NCBI GenBank assembly: GCA_951406725.2 | Contig: OX597823.1 | Span: forward strand, 31,744,001 to 31,808,000 | Origin: Octopus vulgaris | Taxonomy: Eukaryota | Length of the DNA stretch: 64,000 bases | Reading direction: 5' to 3' | In this document: positions 53,372-64,000 of the stretch, in pieces | How positions within the stretch are numbered: the stretch's first letter is position 1 | Layout of the letters: each line of letters begins with the position of its first letter | Notes under the pieces: model-generated | The model's input: only the letters and a program-made list of their open reading frames with translations | What the model was told of the DNA's origin: nothing | Database searches by the model: none | Translations under genes and position numbers: made by a program

Positions 53372-53698
53372 AGAGACCCCTTTTGGTCATGAATGACCAT
53401 GGGATTGCACCTAGAAAGTTACCCTGCAAGGCACAAATCTGGATAAGGTTGTTTGTAGAAGGCCAGCAGTCACCCATGCATACCAGCCTCCCCTCTCCAC
53501 ACCACTGATGTTATCCAAGGGAAAGGCAAAGGGGCCGATACAGCTTGGCACCTGTGACCTCGCATCTCATTTCTACAGTTGAGAGAACTGGAGCAACGTG
53601 AATTAAAGTGCCTTGCTCAAGAACACAATACACAGTCTGGTCCAGGAATCCAACTCACTACGTGACTATTGTCAACCCAACACTCTAACCACTGAGCT
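53372..53698 (-). mobile_element. Family-C (CORE-like) SINE
   Basis: Reverse complement of a tRNA-like head plus the TGTTCTTGAGCAAGGCACTT...GCTCCAG block. Confidence 0.8.
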
Positions 53699-54074
53699 AT
53701 ACACACACACACAACCCTTACATGTGTATGTGTGTGCATATGTTTGCTTTTATTCTTTGCAAGATTTTGTTTTTTTCACACAATAGGGTCTGATTTGAGG
53801 GAGATTTCAGTTGTTATTTCTAGGAAGTTGTCAAATCTCATAAAAGTTCCATCTTAGCATTACTGGCATTGTACACGTGTTTTATATAACTTTACCCAGA
53901 GCTAAACTGTAACCTTAGAGTCTAATTAGTCAAACAACAAATAAAAATTACGTCATTCTATTATTCCTGGAATTCAATAACTTAATTGTTATTAGCTTTC
54001 ATAATAGATCGTTTGATATATATATATATAGATATATATGTGTGTGTGCGCGCGTGTGTGTGTATGCATGTGTG

Positions 54075-54105
<31 letters not shown>

Positions 54106-54454
54106 AATAAATTAATAAATAAGTAAGAACGCACGCATCTATTCTAAGTAAGATTGTTCTTTATATGTATATATATAGGTATACATGTGTGTGCGTATTT
54201 ATATATACAAATATATATGTATATATGCGTGTGCATATTTATATATATAAATATATACATGTGTATATATATGTATATATGCATGTGCATATTTATATAT
54301 ATAAATATATACATATGTATATATATATATATATAAAGTTAATCCAAACAAGAAAACAAAAGAAAAACAACATCTAATGTGTGTGTGTTTAAAAATATAT
54401 ATATATATATATATATTCATACATACATACATATATATATATAAACACACATAG

Positions 54455-54495
<41 letters not shown>

Positions 54496-54557
54496 CATAC
54501 ATACATACATATATATACATACATACACACACATATATGTATGTCTCGCTTTCATCG

Positions 54558-54946
54558 TTTACTTATTTCAGTCATAATACTCTGGTCATGCTGGAGCACC
54601 ACCTCATTGAAGAACCTTTTAGTCAAATGGATCAACCCAAGTACTTATTTTTCTTTAAACCTGGTACATATTCTGTCAGTCTCTTTTGCTAAGTTATGGG
54701 GATGTAAACACACCAACACCAGTCGTCAAGCAGTTGTAATAGACAGATACAAAGACTCACACACACAAATATATGTATATATATATATGATGGGCTTCTT
54801 TTAGTTTCCGTCTACCAAATCCACTCACAAGGCTTTGGTCAGCCAGAAATTATACCAGAAGACACTTGCTCAAGGTGCCACACAGTGGGACTGAACCTGG
54901 AATCATGTGGTTAGGAAGCAAGCTTCTTATCACTCAGCTGCACCTT
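54558..54946 (-). mobile_element. SINE family A
   Basis: Reverse-complement layout, CpG-decayed. Confidence 0.85.
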
Positions 54947-55096
54947 GCATTGTGTTCTTCATCTGGTATAGCTCAGTCTACTCGGCTGACACAAACGAGC
55001 AATCAAGCTTCTTACTGCACAGCTGCGCTTGCACCTTAATATCGACAGCTATGTATGTTTGTGTGTGTGCACGTGTCTTTGTATGTATATATATAT

Positions 55097-55303
55097 ATTC
55101 TACTCTAGGCACAAGGCCTGAAATTTTGGGAGAGGAGGCCTATTGATTAGATCGACCCCAGTATGCAACTGGTACTTAATTTATCAACCCCGAAAGGGTG
55201 AATGGCAAAGTCAACCTCAGCAGGATTTGAACTTGGAACGTAAAGACAGATGAAATACCACTAAGCATTTCACCCCGCGTGCTAACATTTCTGCCAGCTC
55301 ACC
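55097..55303 (-). mobile_element. SINE family B
   Basis: Reverse-complement layout. Another copy lies at 60410-60633. Confidence 0.88.
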
Positions 55304-55342
55304 TTATATATATATATATATATACGCACACTCATGTATAGA

Positions 55343-55389
<47 letters not shown>

Positions 55390-55471
55390 AAGAGAGAGAG
55401 TTAAGCAAACAGAGAGGAAAATATGTTTGAAGAAAGTTAACCAGAAGTGAGTGATGAAGCAGAACATACAT

Positions 55472-55512
<41 letters not shown>

Positions 55513-56537
55513 AATAGTTACATTTGCCGTTTTTATGTCTACAACATAGATTACATATATAAGTGTGTGTGTGTGTTGTGTGTGTGTGTGTATACACAAG
55601 ATGATGGTGGTGGTGGTGGTGGTGGTGATGCTAGAAGTAATGGGGTTGAGGGCAGGATGAGGGGTGGGGGGAATAGCTGTTGTTAAAAGTACAAAAGACA
55701 TGTGTGGAAGGTGTGAGCTTGTGTGTTCAAGAGTAAGTGTGACTAAGTGTGTGTGTGTGTGTGTGTGTGTGAGTGTGTGAGTGTGTACGATGTGTATAGC
55801 AAATGAGCAAGTACTTTAACAGAAAGTTTCCTGAAATAGTCGTCTTAGGTTTATTACAGATGGCATCTGCAGCATCTGACACACACACACACACACACAC
55901 ACACGTGTGTATGTGCGTGTGTGTACACACATACATATATACATGTATCTGTGTGTATACGCAGATATACATGGAAAAATAGGTATATATAAAAATAAAC
56001 ATACATCTATGCACCTACCATCATTATCATTTAATAAATGTTTTCCATGCTGGCATGGGTTGGAAACACACACACACACACATATAGACACATATGTATA
56101 CAGACATAACTATATATATATACACACACATTACAATCATTTTACGTCGTCTTTCCATGGTGGCATGGGTTGGACACACGCACACACACACATATATATA
56201 TATATAGATATATATATATGTATATATATATATATATGCATAATCACACATATAGATACATATATATACAGACATAACTATATATACACACGAACACCAA
56301 AATACATAGACACACAGACATTACAATCATTTTCCATCTTTCCATGCTGGCATGGGTTAGATGAGTTATTAAACACTGAGTCAGTTCTCCATAGTTATAC
56401 ACTAATAATTAACACAAAAAAAATATAGTAAAGGAAGAACAATCTACATAATTATGGTAATTACATAAATAAACGAAACAACAACAATGGTATACAATCT
56501 GCACATCATTATATCTACAATATTACAAAAATGTTGT

Positions 56538-56603
<66 letters not shown>

Positions 56604-56619
56604 GTATAATGTATAAACA

Positions 56620-56769
56620 TGGTAAGAAACTTGCTTCCCAACAGCATGATTCTGAGTTCAGTCCCACTGCGTGGCACCTTGGGCAAGTGTCTTCTACTAT
56701 AGCCTCAGGCCGACCAAAGCTTTGTGAGTGGATTTGGTAGACAGAACTGAAAGAAGCCCGTCGTATATA

Positions 56770-56815
<46 letters not shown>

Positions 56816-57234
56816 TCACCCCAGCCATCGCTTGACAACCAATACTGGTGTGTTTACATCCCCTTAACATAGTGGTTTGGCATAGGCTTACAAAGAATAA
56901 GTCTTGAGGTTGACTAAAGGTAGTGCTCCAGCATGGTCACAGTCAAATAACTGAAACAAAAGAATAAAAAAAAGGTAAATACAAAGATGAGATCCTTGCT
57001 GAGTCATGCAGATTCCTAGGACCGTTTTCCTGGTTTCTATGGTGTATATATTTCCCCCTGGGACAGAGTGCTGGTCCATTGCAGGAAATACTCATTTTTG
57101 CCAGCTGAGTGGACTAGACCAACGTGAAATGAAGTGTCTTGCTCAAGAGCACAATGCATTGCCTGACTGAGGAATTGAAACCACAATCTGACAATCACAG
57201 GTACAACACCCTAACCACTGAGTCACGTGCCTCC
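56620..57234. mobile_element. SINE family A (56620-56970 plus) followed by family C (56990-57234 minus)
   Basis: Diagnostic motifs of both families are present. Confidence 0.82.
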
Positions 57235-58502
57235 AGACAAGCGAGTCAATTTGACATACAAACATGTCAAACGTATCCATTTCTCTGTAGACAAACAGCC
57301 TCAACTGATTTTCAGCCTTTGTTGAGGTTTCATTGGATGTCTACATCACCATGTTGGAATGTCCACCAGGAACAATAAATGCAGAGACAGTAACTAGTGC
57401 ACTCTAACCTACACTGCCTTGACCACCTCCACTGTGGCCATCCCTAGAATGTACAAGAGTAAAGAAATAGAAGAGCATTATGTGTCTGGACTTTTAAAAT
57501 GTAGCTCAAACAGTGTATAAACATGTGGTCGGGTGTGGTATCTGTAGTGGTAGAGAAATTAACTTGACAATGGAGCGAAATACAATATGTTCAGATTGTC
57601 ACATCACTACATGTTTGAAGTGTGTATTATCTGTAATAGTACAGAAATGGACAGGTCAGTAGATGTAGGGCCACATGTCCAGGCAGTCATGATATACCTC
57701 ATACATGTCAACACTACACGTGGGAGAGTTCAGTATCTGCAGTAACACAGTGAGAGAGATTGGGCAGTAGAGGAAGTGCTACATGTCAGTTAAGTCAGAC
57801 ATGGTATAACTGTAATGATGGATCTTTGGCTGATACCGTGTTGCTTGGACAATAATCAGCATATCACAGGACTGTCTGATCAGGGATAATGTGGGATCGG
57901 ACCAAGCAGAAAATCTGAAAACACTGTCGACCTTTCCTTTGTAAAAGTTAATACATATGCATTTTACAATAAAGTAGGGAGTAATCCTTTAGTTAACTGT
58001 TTTCAAATGTAAGTTTATATAAAACAAACACACACACACACACTCAACACACCCTCATACACACACACACACCCTGAAAGTTTTGAAATTCTTATTTTTG
58101 CTTACACATCCTTTTTTTACCAGTTGTTAGTGAACTCCATGGCCTGACATGTTAACACACAATATTGGAAATGAATGACTGCTGTATAACAGTAACACTC
58201 ATTTCTAGCTATTATACGATGTCAAGGACATATATATATATGTATATATACATATATATATATATACATATATATATAAAAGAAACTTGTTCAGTTTCCG
58301 TCTTCCAAATCTACTCACAAGGCTTTGCTGAGGCTAGTAAAAAAAACACATGCCCAAGATGCCATCTGACAGAAGTGGACCTAGTATCACATTTTTGGGA
58401 AACAAAATTCTTAACCACACAACCATGCCTGGATCTTGTTTCATTTTCTTGCTTTTATGAACCAAGCCCAATATTCTGCTCCTAACCACTGAACTCCTTT
58501 AA

Positions 58503-58980
58503 CCCTTTTGTTACCGTATTTATTTTAAGATGCCCTGTATTTCTTTCAATTAACTTTAAATATAACAAAGAATTTAGTGAAATAACTTAGTTATCATTAA
58601 GCTAGTGTTAGGAACATAAATTGTGACTTAGGTTTGGTGGAAGATTTTAATTCAGAACTTTTGAAAACAAGACATTTGTGAGCCAGGGTTGGTATCAAAA
58701 GGGTTAAGAATGGTTCCTCTATTATATATTTTAAGAATTGTTTTTCAAGTGTGTATTTTAACTGTTTTGTTACCATATTTCTGTTGAGATGCTCTGTGTT
58801 TCTTCCAATTAATCTTAAATATAACAAAGAATTTAGTAAAATAACTTAGTTACCATTAAGCTAGTGTTAGGAACACAAATTGTGACTAATGTTTAGTGGA
58901 AGATTTAAATTCAAAACTTATGAAAACAAAACATTTGTACAGAGCCAGAGCTGGTTTCAGGCGGATTGGTATCGAAAGGG
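58503..58980 (+). mobile_element. Two adjacent piggyBac-like MITEs (58503-58703, 58762-58980)
   Basis: TTAA-CCCTTTTGTTACC ... GGTATCAAAAGGG-TTAA, with near-identical internal sequence in the two copies. Confidence 0.88.
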
Positions 58981-61204
58981 TTAAACACTTAGATACAATA
59001 GCTAGAGTGTCAACCTAATTCTGCCAAAGTTGAATATGTCACCACTCAGACTTGTATGGAAAGCTTCTTTCAAGCCTATAGTCCTAATTAGCAAAGAGCT
59101 TACTCCAGTTTCTGAAGTGGTAAAACAGATTTGAAAACTCTTGTGGATGGGATGTCAGTCGGTTACAGTGCTCAGTCCCAGCTGCTGCTACCAGTACTTA
59201 TTTTCAGCTGAATGAGTGGTGTGAAGTGAAGTGCCTTGCTCAAGGATACAAAGCACTGCTGGATCAAGAGATAGATACTAGTTAAATACTTGTATATTAA
59301 TACAATTGACCACTATACCCAATGCTCTGTGCCTTGGTTGAAAATAGATATTTTGATCATCTTCCTCCACCACCTCTGACTGAGTTTTGTGGTTTCTTTT
59401 AAACTATTATGACTCAAGATCATGTGTGTGTGTATCTATATCTATATATATATATATATTAGAAGGTTTGGGGATATATTTATATCAGTGCACTTGGAGA
59501 GAGCTTGGCACAGAGATAGGAGAGCACATCGACACCTCATGATATAAGCATGTGAACAGCACCAGAATACACACATGTGCATATACTGTGTGTGTGTGTG
59601 TGTGTATGAAAATAAATATTTAAGAAGAAAGGCAAAAGCAATTAGTCTATTTTTTTTTTATCAAGGAGTGCCATCTTCCAGCAGGATTAGGCAAGGCAAG
59701 CAATAATAATGATGATGATGATGATGATAGTTTATTTTGTGTCAAAGCCCTCAACAGTTTAGGGATTGTACAAAGATGAAATACAGATTTTGTGATCAGG
59801 TAGGGTGGGAAGTGTTCTGCTGAGTAAAATAAGGGTTAAATCAACACAATCAATAGACATCAATAAAATGACAAGAAAGGATCTGTAATAGGGGGTTTTA
59901 ACTATCATGTAAAGCAATTTAGGGCATTCCACACTAAACTCTGGGTTACTTTGTTGGTGTCAGATGTTAAAGATGTTTAAGTGGCTTCTCACAGTTTCCT
60001 GTTGCTTGTTTATAGCCATCTGGTAAGCGGTTGACCCATTATTTGACCTCAGCAATCTCATTGCTCTCACTCTCTCTATAGCTTCTTTTATTAGCCACAA
60101 ACCCCCCACACACACACACGCCACCACCAAACCTTGGGAGGGAATAAAAGGATGACAGAATTGAAAGCAAAAATAATAAGTAGGGGGTGGTGTTATGTTC
60201 AATAAAAGTGTCAGGGTGGGGTGAAGAGAAATTACAAGCAATAAGTAACAATGGAAAGAAAGCCCAGCAATTAAAGTTCAATTAAAGTTGATTGATGGTG
60301 GGGGGGGGAGGGGCAGCAGCTGGGTTTACAGACCACTGTATGTGTAACTTATTTTATTGACACAAGAAGATTGTAATAACACTAACAGTAGTAAAAATGA
60401 TTGTTTTTATTACAGGTACAAGGCCTGAAATTTTGGGTGGAGGGGGCCAGTCAATTAATTCAACTCCCCCCACCCGTGTTCAACTGGTACTTATTTCATG
60501 GATCCCAAAAGGACAAAAGACAAAGTTGACCTCAGAATGTAAAGACCTAAGAATTTGAACTCGGATTGAAAAGATGGAGAAAAAGCTACAGAGTATTTTG
60601 TCAGGTATTCTAACAATTCTGCCAGCTTGCCACTTTAATATTTTCCTTATTGACCATCAAAGATTCACAAAAACATCAGGGATGTACAGGACAATACAAA
60701 GTGCAATTTCATAAAGGTGTGCCAGTCAGGTGGCACTGGCATCTTTGTCATGACTGATACCAGTGCTGACTGACTGGCCTCCATGCTGATGGCACGTAAA
60801 AAGCACCCACTACACTCACAGAGTGGTTGATGCTCAGAAAGGTATACAGCTGTAGAAACCTTACCAGATCAGATTGTAGCCTGGTGCCAGTCTTCAGTCA
60901 AACCGTCCAACCCATGCCAGCATGGAAAGCATACATTAAATGATGATGATGAGTGAATAAAAAGAAGAATAACAATAAATATAAATTTCGACAAAAAAGA
61001 AAGCCCCAAAAGAATGAGATTTCTGAGGGTTACTTGTGAAAAAAGAATAAGTCACACTGACTACTCAGGCAAGTATTTTTTCCCCTTGTGTCCACCTTCA
61101 ATATACAAGCACATAGAGTGACCCATACACTCTCTCACCCACCTTTCAAATTTGATGGCAAGCAGCACTTGCCCTCCTCTACCCTTTCCAAGTTAAATTG
61201 GAAA

Positions 61205-61497
61205 AACTTGATACTATTCTATATTTTTGAGATGAGGAATTATTTACATTATTTACAATGGCCGTTTAAGTGCCTTCACCTTGTTTGTTACCACAAAGTT
61301 TCGGCTGATTTACTCTCCAGCCTTCATCAGGTGTTCTGGTGGAATTTCAATCCCCAACCCTTTATTTGACTAATGTTCTCATTCCTAAGGTATGTTGTTG
61401 ATGTTATTATTTTTTCAAGTTCCTGCCTGGGATTGAACTTAGAATCCAAGAGTTAGTAGCTTATGCTTCTTATCCACTACACCATATGCCCATGGGT
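61205..61497 (-). mobile_element. Diverged HH family 1 copy (tRNA-like head plus hammerhead at 61290-61335)
   Basis: Minus strand GGGCATATGGTGTAGTGGATAAG...AAGTTCAATCCC...AACAC-CTGATGA-A-GGCTG-GAGAGTAAAT-CAGCC-GAAAC-TTT-GTGGT. Confidence 0.8.
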
Positions 61498-61919
61498 AAT
61501 TATAGAGTTAATTTCAGGGCTTATAAACCTAGTATTTTATCTTTTCTTAATATTGGTTCGCATATTATATTCATATCTGCACTAGGTCTGCTTGGGAGGT
61601 TATTAAATAAAACTTAATGATAATTCTTTTTAATTTTTAATTTGGAACTTCAAGTAAGGACTGTAATTAAAGACAGGCACATGACCCCATGTATGATGCA
61701 GGGAGGACATGTAACCAACCTGAATGGTCGCAGTTGATACTTTAGCAAATCTGGATAGATGGAGAGAAAATTTAACAAGGGTGATGTTTGAACTTAGAAC
61801 GCTAAGTAACTGTCTAAGATTCTATAATTCAGGCATCTGTGTGACATTTATCACTTGTTCTTATGTGACCCCACCCCACCCCACCGGCACACACACATGC
61901 ATAGAAACCCCACAAATAT

Positions 61920-62297
61920 GGACATGGCTGTGTGATAAGAAATTTGCTTTACAACCACATGGTCCCAGGTTCAGTCCCACTGCATGGAACCTGTTATAAA
62001 GCCCCAAGCCGATCAAATAGTTGTGAGTGTATTTGGTAAACAGAAATTAAAAGAAGCCCATTGTATGTGTGTGACGGGGGTTGTGGGTGCAAATCTATGG
62101 GCATCTGTTTGTCCCCCATTCCAACTTGACAACTGGCATCGGTGTATTTGCATCCCTGTAACCTAGAAGTTTAGCAAAACAGACCAATAGAGCAAGTACT
62201 AGGCTATGAATTAAGTCCTGGGGTTGATTTGTTTGATTAAAACTCTTCAAGGTGGTGCTCCAGTGTGGCCACAGTCAAATGATTGAAACAAGCAAAA

Positions 62298-62298
<1 letters not shown>
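61920..62298 (+). mobile_element. SINE family A, decayed
   Basis: Family-A layout. Confidence 0.82.
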
Positions 62299-62365
<67 letters not shown>

Positions 62366-63116
62366 ATACTAAATAATTAGGGTTCAGCAGAACCTTAATT
62401 ATTTAGTATTACTTAAGTTTACCATGAAATGGTCCTTTTTTCATGCCGAATTCTACTAGGTGAAAATTATTGATTACTTCTTAATTAAATAATTTTACCC
62501 TTTGTTATTATTGATATATACGTGTGTGTGTGTGTGTGTATATATATATATTGATATATGTGTGTATGTATGTATGAGTATATATATATATATATATGGC
62601 AGGGTGTTTTTAAACGTGAAATCTTCCCTTCACCTGCGAAAGTTAAGGAAATGAGAAAAGTGATTGGAGGTGGAGGATAGCAGGAGTGGTGGATAAAAAT
62701 TTGATTCAGTGAGGTGAGCATTAACTCCTACATTCTGCAGTTGTAAGCAAGCATGGAACCTAAAAGAGATTTTGGAAGGGGGCGAAATGGGGTGGGGTGC
62801 ATATCCGACACGCCTTCTTGGACATTGTCAGTTACTGACTCAATATTTTCCACCTACATTTTGTGATCACAAACCGAAACGTGTAATATATATATATATA
62901 TGGAGAAAAAAAATTAAGATAGAAAATGCTAAAATAATTTTATAAAAAACATTTCAGTACCGGTTTCCATAATTGAGACTTTTTCAACTCTAAGTATGGA
63001 AAACAAATTTTGGAAAAATTAAAAGAAAAGATTTTTTAAAAGAATATTTGCATAGTGTTCAAATACAAGTGGCATTTTCCATTTTCCTTGTTTCTGTCTG
63101 TCTCTGTCTATATATA

Positions 63117-63505
63117 GGCGTAGGAGTGGCTGTGTGGTAAGTAGCTTGCTTACCAACCACATGGTTCTGGGTTCAGTCAGTCCCACTGTGTGACACTTTG
63201 GACAAGTGTCTTCTACCGTAGCCTCGGGCCGACCAAATTCTTGTGAGAGGATTTCGTAGACGGAAACTGAAAGAAGCCCGTCGTGTGTGTGTATGTGTGT
63301 GTGTATGTATTTGTCCTTCACTATTGCTTGACAACCGATGTTGGTGTGTTTACGTCCCTGTAACTGCTGTTCGGCAAAAGAGACCGAGAGAATAAGTACT
63401 ACGCTCACAAAGAACAAGTCCTGATTTAGGATTAGGATTTGTTCCACTGAAGGCGGTGCTCCAGCATGGCCGCAGTCAAATGAAACGAGTAAAAGAATAA
63501 AAGAA
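63117..63505 (+). mobile_element. SINE family A, full length
   Basis: Runs from the GGCGTAGGAGTGGCTGTGTGGTAAG head to the GCAGTCAAATGAAAC tail. Confidence 0.9.
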
Positions 63506-63528
63506 AATATATATATATACACACACAA

Positions 63529-63574
<46 letters not shown>

Positions 63575-63588
63575 TTGTGTGTATATAT

Positions 63589-63625
<37 letters not shown>

Positions 63626-63758
63626 AGGACGATGCTGTTGGCGTTGTATAAAAAATGTCAACAAGTCGTCATCGGGAACAACTGTAAAAGTGAACAGTTT
63701 AAAAATTAGAACTAAATAAACGCACGTGCTTTCTCGGTTCTCACACACCTACACACAC

Positions 63759-63770
63759 CTTCATCGCCAT
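63759..63770 (-). CDS. Candidate coding end of a first exon (M-A-M-K) of an unidentified minus-strand gene
   Basis: AACATGGCGATGAAG|GTGTGT has a good start context and a GT donor, in a CpG-retaining non-repeat island. No downstream exon was identified. Confidence 0.35.
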
Positions 63771-64000
63771 GTTATGCGTAAAGGGATTGTCTGACAAATG
63801 TGCGTGTGTGAGAGAGAGAGAGAGAAAGAGAGTGGGTGTTTGTGTGAATGAGGGTAGATCTATGAGTAGGTGGGTGGAAGTGTGCATGTGTGTGTGTGAT
63901 TACGCTACGTCGTGGGACATAAAGACGACGCAACATAACCAACAGCAATATAAACAAAACACACACACACACACACGATAGGCTTCTCTACAGTTTCCGT

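Overview
This is a eukaryotic, AT-rich, mostly non-coding window, very probably from an octopus genome (inferred from the tRNA-derived SINE families and the extreme (TA)n/(CA)n/(GATA)n content). I cannot confidently identify any intact protein-coding gene, and almost every ORF in the track is a microsatellite or SINE artefact. The window holds dozens of SINE copies from at least four families, decayed Tx1/L1 and RTE LINE fragments, and Tc1/mariner-, hAT- and piggyBac-type MITEs. The main result of the hunt is about 13 type I hammerhead-ribozyme motifs from at least five unrelated short element families. Several occur as head-to-head inverted pairs with Penelope-like insertion anatomy: one TSD around the pair and a 3' 'tail' on only one copy. 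One family joins a tRNA-derived Pol III head to a minimal hammerhead, which suggests a SINE/retrozyme hybrid mobilised by Penelope-like elements. Weaker signals include two candidate first exons ending ATGAAG|GT on the minus strand, a recurring TGCACCGAWTGAC motif in promoter-like islands, and a CpG-depletion boundary near 33 kb. Coordinates were counted by eye, and repeat boundaries are approximate.
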